Positions 25,925 to 35,174 of a stretch of 64,000 bases of DNA are shown piece by piece (position 1 is the first letter of the stretch; every line of letters begins with the position of its first letter). The notes under the pieces were generated by a model. It ran no database searches and was not told the DNA's origin. It worked only from the letters and a program-made list of their open reading frames with translations. The stretch is from NCBI GenBank assembly GCA_050291445.1, contig JBNKJW010000091.1, positions 1,659 through 65,658 of the forward strand, read 5' to 3'. Source of the DNA: Bacteroidales bacterium. Its GTDB lineage: Bacteria; Bacteroidota; Bacteroidia; Bacteroidales; NBLH01. A program made the position numbers and the translations under genes.

Positions 25925-27859
25925 ATGATATCAATTAATCAGGTTTCTGTAAATTTTGGTGGTTTTAGTCTGTTTTCCGACATTTCTTTTATGATAAACC
26001 CTAAAGATAGGGTTGGACTTGTAGGGAAAAACGGTGCTGGAAAATCCACCTTATTAAAAATAATTTTAGGTATTGATCAACCTACTGAAGGAACCGTTTC
26101 AAAGCCCAAAGAATTAAGTTTTGGATACCTTCCACAGCAAATGACCTATGCATCAGGGAAAACGGTTTTGCAGGAAGCCTTGACTGCTTTTGAAAGCTTA
26201 AATAAAATTGAAAAACAAATTGATAAAATAAACCTGGAGATTGCTTCAAGGGAGGATTATGAATCGGATGAATACCATGGCCTGATTGATAAATTGACAG
26301 AGCTTAATGAAAGGTTGCAAATCTTAGGCATTGCTGATAAGGATGCTATGGTTGAGCAAACTTTAAAGGGGCTTGGATTTAAAACAGAAGATCTTGTAAG
26401 GCAGACAACGGAATTTAGTGGGGGATGGAGAATGCGTATCGAATTGGCAAAAATCCTACTTCAAAAGCCTGATGTACTGCTACTTGATGAGCCTACTAAT
26501 CACCTTGACATAGAGTCAATCCAATGGTTGGAGGATTTTTTGAAAAATTACCATGGTGCTGTTGTTTTAATTTCGCACGACAGGGCTTTTTTGGATAACA
26601 TTACTAAAAGAACCATTGAAATTTTGTTGGGGAAGGTTTACGATTACAAAGTTTCGTATTCAAAATACCAGGAATTGCGCAAAGAAAGGTACGAGCAGCA
26701 AATGGCAACCTATGAAAACCAACAAAAGAAAATTGCTGATACTGAGAAATTTATAGAACGATTCAGGTACAAAGCAACCAAGTCGGTGCAAGTACAATCA
26801 AGGATTAAGCAATTGGAGAAAATGGATCGAATAGAGGTGGATGAGCTGGACAATGCTGCTATTCATTTCAAGTTTCCACCGGCACCCAGATCAGGGGCTA
26901 TTGTTGTGGAAACCGAAAGACTTTCAAAAAGCTATGGCGAAAACAATATTTTGCATGAAATAGACCTGATTGTTGAAAGGGGTGAAAAAATAGCTTTTAT
27001 TGGCCGAAATGGTGAGGGAAAAACAACCTTATCAAAAATTGTTACCGGCAATTTGGATTACGATGGAACTCTGAAAATGGGGCACAATGTTAAGATCGGT
27101 TACTATGCCCAAAACCAGGATGAATTGCTGGACGAACAAAAGACTGTTTTTGAAACGTTGGATGATATTGCAGTAGGCGATATCAGAACGCAGGTACGAA
27201 ATATTCTTGGGTCTTTTTTGTTTAGTGGCGAAACAATCGAAAAGAAAGTAAAGGTACTGTCTGGTGGAGAACGTTCGCGACTGGCAATGGCTAAACTCTT
27301 GCTTGAACCATACAACTTATTGGTGCTTGACGAGCCTACTAACCACTTGGATATCAGGTCGAAAGAAATACTAAAGCAAGCTTTAATTAGTTATGATGGA
27401 ACATTGATGGTGGTTTCGCACGACCGTGATTTTTTAGATGGCCTTGTGAATAACCTGTATGAGTTTAGGAACAAAAAAATAAAACAACATTCGGGTAATA
27501 TTTATGAGTTTTTAAAAAAGAAAAAGGTTGAATCTTTTAAAGAAATAGAGCGAAAAAAAGTTGACAAAACTGTTGAGGCTGAAGAAAAAGTATCGGAAAA
27601 CAAACAAAGCTATCTTGAAAGAAAAGAAACCGAAAAACAAAGGCGCAAGATTGTAAATAAAATTACTGCAGTTGAGGATAAAATAACAAAACTGGAGGCT
27701 GAAATTGAGAAGGCTGAACAGCTAATGAGTGAGGGTAAAGAAGTTGAGAGTAATTTTTTTCAGCAGTACGAGCAATTAAAAAAAGATTTGGAGAAAGAGA
27801 TGCATGATTGGGAAAACCTGCAGATAGAACTTGAAGAGTTTGAAAGCAGTTTACAGTAG
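25925..27859 (+). CDS. ABC-F family ATPase
   Basis: 644 aa. Two Walker A motifs (GKNGAGKST, GRNGEGKTT), two ABC signatures (FSGGWRMR, LSGGERSR), no TM domain, and a coiled-coil C-terminus. A TATTTTTG -7 box lies at 25892-25899. Confidence 0.9.
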   Translation: MISINQVSVNFGGFSLFSDISFMINPKDRVGLVGKNGAGKSTLLKIILGIDQPTEGTVSKPKELSFGYLPQQMTYASGKTVLQEALTAFESLNKIEKQIDKINLEIASREDYESDEYHGLIDKLTELNERLQILGIADKDAMVEQTLKGLGFKTEDLVRQTTEFSGGWRMRIELAKILLQKPDVLLLDEPTNHLDIESIQWLEDFLKNYHGAVVLISHDRAFLDNITKRTIEILLGKVYDYKVSYSKYQELRKERYEQQMATYENQQKKIADTEKFIERFRYKATKSVQVQSRIKQLEKMDRIEVDELDNAAIHFKFPPAPRSGAIVVETERLSKSYGENNILHEIDLIVERGEKIAFIGRNGEGKTTLSKIVTGNLDYDGTLKMGHNVKIGYYAQNQDELLDEQKTVFETLDDIAVGDIRTQVRNILGSFLFSGETIEKKVKVLSGGERSRLAMAKLLLEPYNLLVLDEPTNHLDIRSKEILKQALISYDGTLMVVSHDRDFLDGLVNNLYEFRNKKIKQHSGNIYEFLKKKKVESFKEIERKKVDKTVEAEEKVSENKQSYLERKETEKQRRKIVNKITAVEDKITKLEAEIEKAEQLMSEGKEVESNFFQQYEQLKKDLEKEMHDWENLQIELEEFESSLQ

Positions 27860-27913
27860 GTACTTTATAGAGGTGTGATTGCAGAAGGAGAACTGAATAG
27901 AAAAAAAAAGGAA

Positions 27914-28510
27914 ATGCTAAAACTAGCTGAGTTGGATTATCGAAGAGTCAGGCTTGAATCTGAAAGACTGGTATTGAAAGAGGTTCCAATGGAGCAAAGA
28001 AATCGGTTTTTCGAGATTTTTTCGGATAAAGAAGTTTTGAGATATACTGATAGGGAAATTACCGAAACAATTGATGAAGCCATACTATTTTTAAAAGACT
28101 GTCAAACAAGGGCGGCGCAGAAACTACACATTTTTTTAGGACTTTTTAGGAAAACAGATAAAAAACTGCTGGGTACATTAAGTTTATACCAGATTGATTT
28201 AAAGCATTCATTTGCTTCGTTGGGGATATTAATAGCCCAAAAATACTGGCGAGAAGGATACATGAGCGAAGCTTTATTGAGTTTCCTGGATTTTTATTTT
28301 GTTAAATTGAAGTTTAATCGTATTGAAGCTCAGACATTTGTAGATAATTTACCAGCAGTAAAGTTTTTTGAGAAACTTAAATTCACAAAGGAAGCTATGT
28401 TGCGAGAGAATTTTAAAATTGAGGGCAAGTATGAAAATTCATATCTTTTTTCAATGTTAAAAAAAGATTTTGAAAAATATTACCATCCGAATTCGTCTAA
28501 ACTGAGATAG
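27914..28510 (+). CDS. GNAT-family N-acetyltransferase (RimJ/RimL-like)
   Basis: The track ORF starts at 27875 with a non-ATG codon. The first ATG is at 27914 (MLKLAELDY). GNAT core: LGILIAQKYWREGYMSEAL. Confidence 0.75.
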   Translation: MLKLAELDYRRVRLESERLVLKEVPMEQRNRFFEIFSDKEVLRYTDREITETIDEAILFLKDCQTRAAQKLHIFLGLFRKTDKKLLGTLSLYQIDLKHSFASLGILIAQKYWREGYMSEALLSFLDFYFVKLKFNRIEAQTFVDNLPAVKFFEKLKFTKEAMLRENFKIEGKYENSYLFSMLKKDFEKYYHPNSSKLR

Positions 28511-28603
28511 TTATGGTTTATTTTAAATTATCTAAATATTTAGTTATTAAAGAACCAAATTGTTTGTATTTTTAAAAATTGAAAATAATGAAAGGTTTTA
28601 ATC

Positions 28604-29098
28604 TTGAATATTCGAATTGCAAAACAGGAAGATTTAGAAAGAATTGTTGAAATATATAACCAGGCAATCCCAACCCATCGCTCAACTGGGTTTATTAGTC
28701 TTTTGACAGTTAATGACAGGCAGGAATGGTTTGATAGGCATATGCCGGATTTTTACCCCATTTACCTTGCAGAAATTGATGGAAAAGTGGTTGGCTGGAA
28801 CAGTGTAAGTGCTTACAGGGAAAAACGGCTGGCGTTTCGTTTTTGTGCCGAAACAAGTTACTATATTGATAAAGATTTTCACCAACAAGGAATTGCCACC
28901 AGATTACTAGAGCATGTAATTGAGCAATGCGAACATTTACAAATAAAAACCCTGATTGCCTACATTCTGGAAAGAAATACACCCAGCATTCGTCTATTGG
29001 AAAAATTTGGCTTTAAGCGATGGGCCATTTTACCTGATATTGCTGATTTTGATGGTAAAGAAGTGGCTCATACAATTTACGGGAAAAGAATTTACTAA
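28604..29098 (+). CDS. GNAT-family N-acetyltransferase (phosphinothricin acetyltransferase-like)
   Basis: 164 aa with a TTG start. NIRIAKQEDLERIVEIYNQAI and QQGIATRLLEHVI fit the PAT-like subfamily. Confidence 0.8.
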   Translation: MNIRIAKQEDLERIVEIYNQAIPTHRSTGFISLLTVNDRQEWFDRHMPDFYPIYLAEIDGKVVGWNSVSAYREKRLAFRFCAETSYYIDKDFHQQGIATRLLEHVIEQCEHLQIKTLIAYILERNTPSIRLLEKFGFKRWAILPDIADFDGKEVAHTIYGKRIY

Positions 29099-29143
29099 AA
29101 CAAAAATGGCTGTCTCAAAACTAGATTTTAGACACTGTACTTT

Positions 29144-29215
29144 GGCAAGCTCAGTAACCGAGCCTGCCGAAGTACTCAATGTCCAATAATTTAATGACTT
29201 TTACCTACGGTGAGG
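29144..29215 (+). repeat. structured intergenic repeat, family X, copy 1
   Basis: Aligns with the reverse complement of 39302-39372. Shared blocks are GGCAAGCTCAGTA, GCCGAAGT.CTCAATGTCCA and ACTTTTACCTACG.TGAGG. Confidence 0.6.
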
Positions 29216-29261
29216 GCTTGGCCGTTGAGACAACCTCATTTTTTATTCAAGTCTATAACTG

Positions 29262-29344
29262 TACCGAACCGCTGTTAGTAATTGGTTTGCTTTACAAGCT
29301 TGCAAACCAAAACTGCCAGTCGATCGGCATATACAAAGCCATTT
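29262..29344. repeat. 83-nt direct repeat, family Y, copy A
   Basis: TACCGAACCGCTGTTAGTAATTGGTTTGCTTTACAAGCTTGCAAACCAAAACTGCCAGTCGATCGGCATATACAAAGCCATTT. It differs from 30681-30764 at about 8 positions. Contains the hairpin GGTTTGC..GCAAACC. It abuts the peptidase stop codon. Confidence 0.7.
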
Positions 29345-30632
29345 AATCTAATTCTATTGGCATTTTGAGCCAATTTTTAAGCGAATCAATTATTTTTTGT
29401 TGTTCATCAGCATCAAAATTGTTGATTCTCGTTTTATGGCTGCCTTCTTTTTTAACCATTTTTAGTGCATTGGTTTTTCCATCAACTAATTGAACAGCTG
29501 ATGCTGACCATGGATCATACTCTCCGTAAATGTAGATGATGTTATTACCTTTGTTTTGAAGAAACTCATTTACATCCTTCATGCTTTGATAATTGTAAGT
29601 GGTATCAACACCCAAAGGCAAGGTGAAATTAAAATTGGGGTTTTTAACTGTTTCAATTAGTTCTCCGAATGGTTCAATATCGTAACTATAAAACCCAATT
29701 TCAGTAAGTGCCTGATAAAAGAATGGACGAATAGGTTCAATTCCTTCTTCAGAGAAAAAGGAGAACCCTATTTTAGCAAAAGCATCAAAAACTTTATCTA
29801 AATCTTCAGCATCAGCAGGAATATCTTTGCACGCTAAATCTCCCCATTGCCAAAAAGCAAAAGAAAACTCAAGCACACTATATTCAAAGGCAGCTTTATA
29901 CCCCATTTTAAAGGTCATTTCATTTTCGGTGGTATAATTTATAAATAGGGGAAGCAACTTATCCTTGTTTTCAAGCAAAAGTTTCTGAAATTCATGTACC
30001 CTGTTTCTGCATTCTTTTGTTCCCACATTAGCCAGAAAATTATAAACCCGTGGTTCTACTTTACTAAAATTTATTGGGGCAACATAGGGGATTGTTACAT
30101 CCACATCATTTGGGTAAAAATATTTGTAATAAAGTGCAGTTTGCCCGCCTTTGCTAATTCCTGTACTTATCCATTTTTCTTTGTAAACCTTTTTAAATAG
30201 CTGATTGATAATATGGTGATCTTCAGCTGCTTGTTTAATGGTTAAATACTGCCAGTTGATGGAGTCGGGAACAGATTCATTGAAATAACGGTGCTCAACA
30301 ATTAGTTGATTGGCTCCGATTAATTTTGTCGGCTCCGACAGATAGTTTCTTCGTGCCGAATAACCTTTAGTTACCATCACCATTGGTCTGGAAAAATCAA
30401 GGTGTGAAAGATAAATTTTCTGAAGAAAGGTGCTGGTATCTTCACCAAAATGATCAAGCTTTTGCCTTAACATTATTTTGTAGCACTTTTGACAACCTTC
30501 TATGCTGTCAATTTCTTCAATAGTAACATTTGGCAATTGAGCAAGAAATTCATCTATGTTTTTAGGTTTCTCTTTGCAGGAAAATAGTAGTACTAAATGT
30601 GCCAAAAAAAGTAGTGAAAACAGTTTATTCAT
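29343..30632 (-). CDS. secreted alpha/beta-hydrolase serine peptidase (S28/S37-like), lipoprotein
   Basis: 429 aa. Signal peptide with Cys (LLFSC). QKLDHF...TF.QK near the N-terminus. Nucleophile elbow GISKGG, then FYPNDVDVTIPYVAP. The family is assigned from memory of the S28/S37 patterns. Confidence 0.7.
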   Translation of the reverse strand: MNKLFSLLFLAHLVLLFSCKEKPKNIDEFLAQLPNVTIEEIDSIEGCQKCYKIMLRQKLDHFGEDTSTFLQKIYLSHLDFSRPMVMVTKGYSARRNYLSEPTKLIGANQLIVEHRYFNESVPDSINWQYLTIKQAAEDHHIINQLFKKVYKEKWISTGISKGGQTALYYKYFYPNDVDVTIPYVAPINFSKVEPRVYNFLANVGTKECRNRVHEFQKLLLENKDKLLPLFINYTTENEMTFKMGYKAAFEYSVLEFSFAFWQWGDLACKDIPADAEDLDKVFDAFAKIGFSFFSEEGIEPIRPFFYQALTEIGFYSYDIEPFGELIETVKNPNFNFTLPLGVDTTYNYQSMKDVNEFLQNKGNNIIYIYGEYDPWSASAVQLVDGKTNALKMVKKEGSHKTRINNFDADEQQKIIDSLKNWLKMPIELD

Positions 30633-30680
30633 TAGTTCTATAAATTTTATGAATATGATTAGGCGCTTGTTTACTTGTTA

Positions 30681-30764
30681 TACCGAACCGCTGTTAGTAA
30701 TTGGTTTGCTTCACAAGCTTTCAGACCAAAACTGTCAGTTATTCGGCATATACAAAGCCATTTT
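30681..30764. repeat. 84-nt direct repeat, family Y, copy B
   Basis: Same orientation as copy A. Lies between the pepP stop (30877) and the peptidase start (30632). Confidence 0.7.
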
Positions 30765-30876
30765 AAAATTTCAATTTACAATATTTCAAACTGGCTTAGT
30801 ATACATGGGAAAGTGTCAGAAAATCAATTTGCGTTTAGAGCTATACAAGCGCACAATCATATTTTACGAATTTGAA

Positions 30877-32664
30877 TTAAATTTCTTTTGTATTTTCCTT
30901 TAGCCAATGAAGCTCTTCACCTTTAAAATATGCTGAAAGCTTTTTATAAACTAACTGGTGGTAATCATTCAGCCAGTCAATTTGTTTTTGGGTTAAAAGC
31001 TTAGTATTAACAAGTTTTAAATCAATCGGACACAGTGTAACTGTTTCAAATTTAAGGAATTGACCAAACGCCGTTTCTTTGTCTTTCACCACTAAAATCA
31101 GATTTTCTGTCCTGAAACCGTATTCACCTTCGCGGTAAAAGGCTGGTTCATCAGAAGTTAGCATCCCTGTTGTTAAAATTGTGCTTACATCTCCAGAAGC
31201 ACTTGTTCCAATAGTTTGTGGGCCTTCATGTACATTTAGGAAAAAACCAACACCATGCCCGGTACCATGCCCAAAGTTCATGTTGTTGTCCCACAGTGGT
31301 TTGCGGGCAAGGGCATCCAACTGGTAACCTTTAGTACCATAAGGAAAAACAGCCATTGCTAAATCAATGGTCCCTTTCAATGCAAGCGTAAAGTCATCTT
31401 TTTGGGTTTGTGTTGGGTTGCCCAACGTTACTGTTCTGGTAATATCTGTTGTTCCACCATAGTATTGGCCTCCTGAATCGATTAAGTAGATACCTTCAGG
31501 ATGTAATTCAACATTTGTTTCTGGTGTGGCGCTGTAATGTGGCATTGCTGCATGGGCATTATAGGCTGAAATAGGGGCAAAACTTTCATCAAAAAAACCT
31601 TCTTGTTCTGCCCTGAACCACCGCAATTTTTCGGAAGCGGATATTTCGGTTATTTTTTCTTTGCCAATTGAAGTGTCCAGCCAATAAAGGAATTTTACCA
31701 TGGCCACCCCGTCTTTTATCATAGTTTTTTTGATGTTTTTTATCTCAACATCATTTTTTAAGGCCTTTTGGCGGGTAGTAATGTTAAGGTAATCAACAAT
31801 ATCACATTCCATTGGGATGGCGTTAAACAGGGCAAAGTTGGTTTTTGAAAACTGTGTGGCCACTACCATGCCTTTTTCTATTTTGGCAATTGAGTCAAAA
31901 ATTTCGTTGTACCCTTTTATAAAAATACCATCTTTTTTCAGTTCAGATTCAACCAATGCTGTTACTTTTTGTTTGTCAATAAATAAAACAGCGCTCTCCT
32001 GTGAAATCAAAGCATACGAAATTGCAAGTGGAACAAAAGGTATATCTTTTCCACGAATATTGAACAACCAGGCGATATCGTCAAGGCTTGAAATAATCTG
32101 GTAATCAAATTCCGTTTTTTTCATTTCATCCCGCAGGTCATTTAATTTTTCAGTCCTGGATTTGCCTGCATATTTCACATCGTGCAGGAATATTTCTTCT
32201 TGGGGGATAGAAGGGCGGTTTTCCCATAAAATATTAACCAGGTCAACATTTGAATCAAGAATAAAGTGTTTTCTTGTAAATGATGCATTCATTTTTTCCA
32301 CCAATGCTAATGGAAATACTTTTCCATCAAAGGCAATTTTACTGTTTTGGGGGAGTTTTTCATTAAGCCAACCAATAAATTCGGGTGCATGTGGCGTTTT
32401 TAGCTTAACCATCTCAATATTAGAGCCTTTCAGCTGCTCTTCAGCTTGGATGAAGTACCTTGAATCTGTCCATAAACCTGCAAAATCTTGAGTAACAACA
32501 ATATTTGCAGCTGAACCAGTGAACCCTGAAAACCATTTAATAGTTTTCCAATGATCGGCAACATACTCGCTTAAATGTGGGTCGTACATTGGAATGATGT
32601 AAGCATCAATTTTTTCAAGGAGCATTTCAGCCCTAAGTTTTGCTAGATTTTCGTTTACTGACAT
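30877..32664 (-). CDS. pepP: Xaa-Pro aminopeptidase (M24B, with creatinase-like N-terminal domains)
   Basis: 595 aa. M24 metal-ligand region HGTGHGVGFFLNVHE and the SDEP..Y..GEYGFRTEN pattern. Confidence 0.9.
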   Translation of the reverse strand: MSVNENLAKLRAEMLLEKIDAYIIPMYDPHLSEYVADHWKTIKWFSGFTGSAANIVVTQDFAGLWTDSRYFIQAEEQLKGSNIEMVKLKTPHAPEFIGWLNEKLPQNSKIAFDGKVFPLALVEKMNASFTRKHFILDSNVDLVNILWENRPSIPQEEIFLHDVKYAGKSRTEKLNDLRDEMKKTEFDYQIISSLDDIAWLFNIRGKDIPFVPLAISYALISQESAVLFIDKQKVTALVESELKKDGIFIKGYNEIFDSIAKIEKGMVVATQFSKTNFALFNAIPMECDIVDYLNITTRQKALKNDVEIKNIKKTMIKDGVAMVKFLYWLDTSIGKEKITEISASEKLRWFRAEQEGFFDESFAPISAYNAHAAMPHYSATPETNVELHPEGIYLIDSGGQYYGGTTDITRTVTLGNPTQTQKDDFTLALKGTIDLAMAVFPYGTKGYQLDALARKPLWDNNMNFGHGTGHGVGFFLNVHEGPQTIGTSASGDVSTILTTGMLTSDEPAFYREGEYGFRTENLILVVKDKETAFGQFLKFETVTLCPIDLKLVNTKLLTQKQIDWLNDYHQLVYKKLSAYFKGEELHWLKENTKEI

Positions 32665-32709
32665 TTTATTAAAATTATAAAATTATTATGCTATTACCTA
32701 AAAGAATGC

Positions 32710-35073
32710 TTATAAAGCTTGATGCTCTGTCCGTCTAATGATCTCATTTTGTAAATCCTCGCCCAAATCGTTAAAATAATCGCTGTAACCTGCTACACGT
32801 ACAATTAAATCGCTGTACTTTTCGGGTTGCTTCTGTGCATTGCGCAACACCTTGGAATCGACCACATTAAATTGAATATGGTGCCCATCCATTCTAAAAT
32901 AGCTACGAATTAGCGCTATTAGTTTAGGGATACCATCTTCTTCATCAAAAAAGCTGGGTGCAAAGCGCTGATTAAGCAATGTTCCTCCTGTTCGGATATG
33001 ATCAATTTTTGCAGCAGATTTTAAAACAGCTGTTGGACCATTTCTGTCTGCTCCCTGTACTGGTGAAATACCTTCGGAAAGTGGCACGCCTGCTTTTCTT
33101 CCATCCGGCATGGCGCCAATAACACTACCAAAATAAACATGACTGGTAGTTGGCAAAAGGTTTATTCTGTGTTTGCCGTCTCTTGCTGTTGGCCTTCCAT
33201 TAACCGCATCGTAAAAAATATCGAAAATAATGGGTAAATGTTCATCGGCATAATCATCATCGTTACCATATTTGGGTGTATCATAAACAAGTTTTTTTCT
33301 TAGTTCTTCGTGGTTCTCAAAATTTTTGTTGAGGGCTTCAAGCATTTCGCCCATTGTTGTGGTTTTGTGATCAAAAACATGGTATTTAAGTGCTGTTAAT
33401 GAGTCGGTTGTACTTCCCAGGCCAACACCTTGTATATAGCTGGTATTGTACCTGGCACCGCCTTCGTTGTAGTCACGGGCATTCGAAATACAGTCATCAA
33501 TGATTAACGAAAGGAAAGGCACAGGCAGGTTTTTGGCAAATAAACGCTCAATTACATTGTTGCCCCTGATTTTAACATCAATAAAAAAGTTCAATTGTGT
33601 TTTATAGGCAGCCATTAGTTCGTCCATTGATTTGAACTCCAGTGGATTGCCTGTTTTTAATCCAATTTGTTTTTTTGTTCTGGGATCAAAACCATTGTTG
33701 AGGGTAAGCTCCAGAATTTTATTAAGGTTGAAATATCCGGTTAAAAAATAGGCCTCATTTCCAAAAGCTCCGCTTTCAACGCAACCGCTTGCTCCTCCGT
33801 TTCGTGCGTCTTCAATGGATTTTCCCTGACGAACCAATTCCTGGATGATGGAATCGGTATTAAAGATGGATGGCTGCCCAAATCCGGTTTTGCTTATTTT
33901 TAAAGCCCTGTTGATGAATTTATCCGGGTTCTTTTTGCTCAATTGAACCATTGAACTAGGCTGAAGCAAACGCATTTCTTCAATCACATCTAAAATGATG
34001 TACGATAGTTCATTAACTGCATTAGAGCCATCTTGTTTTAAACCACCAACATTAATTAATGAAAAATCGGTGTAAGTGTTACTTTCTAAGGCTGTTACCC
34101 CCATTTTGGGAGGTGCAGGATGGTTGTTGAATTTAACCCAGAAAGCCTGTAGAAGCTCAATGGCTCGTTCTTTTGTTAAAGTTCCATCTTCCAGGCCTTT
34201 TTTGTAAAATGGATAAAGGTGCTGATCCAACCTGCCGGGGTTAAAAGAGTCCCAGGGATTTAACTCAGTAATAACAGCTAAATGCACAAACCAGTAATAT
34301 TGCAAAGCCTCGTGGAAAGTCTGAGGAGCATTTTCAGGGATATTTTTGCAAACTTGTACCATCTCCAGCAGCTCTGCTTTTCTTTCTACATTTTGCTCGT
34401 TACCAGCCAGTTCTGTAAGCTTATCGGCATTTCGGTTTGCATACATTATCATGGTATCAGCAGCAATTTCCATGGCTTTTAGCTCTTCGCTTTTGTCTAG
34501 GGCTAAAGGGTCAGTGTAAAAATCAATTTTCGCCAGACTGTCTGCAATATCTTTTTTAATGTCTTTTAGTCCTTTTTTGTAAATTTTATCTCCAGCAACT
34601 GTATGCCCTGGGGCACGCTGCTCCTGAAACTCGGTAAAAACACCTGCATCATATGCGTTCAGCCAATCTTCCGTCATAGCATTCATGATTTTATCACGGT
34701 TGTTTTTTCCTTTCCAGTAAGGTATAATTGTATTTTTGTAAATTTCTTTGTCTTCACCACTCACTTTGAAAGAAACTTTTTTTCGGGTGTTTAAAATCTC
34801 TAAATCTTGTAACGAATGAAGGCTTACTTCTGGATAAGTTGGTGTTGCTTTTGGTGCTGGTCCTCTTTCTCCTACAACGAGCTCATTTTCACCAATATAC
34901 AACTCTTTTCTCGACATCAAATACTTGAAAGAAAGTGCTCTACGGACTGGCACTGAAACCTCCATTGCTGCATTGCTTTTGTAAAATTCGGTTATTAAAA
35001 CGGCCCGTTCTGTGGAGAGACGGTTGATTGCATTTAAGCTATTTTCCCGTAGTTGTTTTATTCTGTTGTTCAT
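32710..35073 (-). CDS. glycyl radical enzyme, PFL2/glycerol-dehydratase-type (1,2-eliminase class); substrate unknown
   Basis: 787 aa. C-terminal glycine-radical motif VRVAGYSDYF. Catalytic loop GASGCVESG, the Cys-x-Glu of eliminase-type GREs rather than the Cys-Cys of PFL. Confidence 0.9.
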   Translation of the reverse strand: MNNRIKQLRENSLNAINRLSTERAVLITEFYKSNAAMEVSVPVRRALSFKYLMSRKELYIGENELVVGERGPAPKATPTYPEVSLHSLQDLEILNTRKKVSFKVSGEDKEIYKNTIIPYWKGKNNRDKIMNAMTEDWLNAYDAGVFTEFQEQRAPGHTVAGDKIYKKGLKDIKKDIADSLAKIDFYTDPLALDKSEELKAMEIAADTMIMYANRNADKLTELAGNEQNVERKAELLEMVQVCKNIPENAPQTFHEALQYYWFVHLAVITELNPWDSFNPGRLDQHLYPFYKKGLEDGTLTKERAIELLQAFWVKFNNHPAPPKMGVTALESNTYTDFSLINVGGLKQDGSNAVNELSYIILDVIEEMRLLQPSSMVQLSKKNPDKFINRALKISKTGFGQPSIFNTDSIIQELVRQGKSIEDARNGGASGCVESGAFGNEAYFLTGYFNLNKILELTLNNGFDPRTKKQIGLKTGNPLEFKSMDELMAAYKTQLNFFIDVKIRGNNVIERLFAKNLPVPFLSLIIDDCISNARDYNEGGARYNTSYIQGVGLGSTTDSLTALKYHVFDHKTTTMGEMLEALNKNFENHEELRKKLVYDTPKYGNDDDYADEHLPIIFDIFYDAVNGRPTARDGKHRINLLPTTSHVYFGSVIGAMPDGRKAGVPLSEGISPVQGADRNGPTAVLKSAAKIDHIRTGGTLLNQRFAPSFFDEEDGIPKLIALIRSYFRMDGHHIQFNVVDSKVLRNAQKQPEKYSDLIVRVAGYSDYFNDLGEDLQNEIIRRTEHQAL

Positions 35074-35174
35074 GATTGTTCTTTTTGTATTTCACAGAAA
35101 AACGAAGAGGTACACAGAGTCTTTCTCCTTGTATATTTGTGTTTCTCAGCGCACCTGTGTAACACTTCTGTTTA

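Noticed and set aside
30556-30903. + ORFs 30556..30903 (115 aa) and 30675..30875 (66 aa)
   Set aside because: They run through the 84-nt repeat copy B and the 5' end of the peptidase gene. They have no motifs and are most likely spurious.
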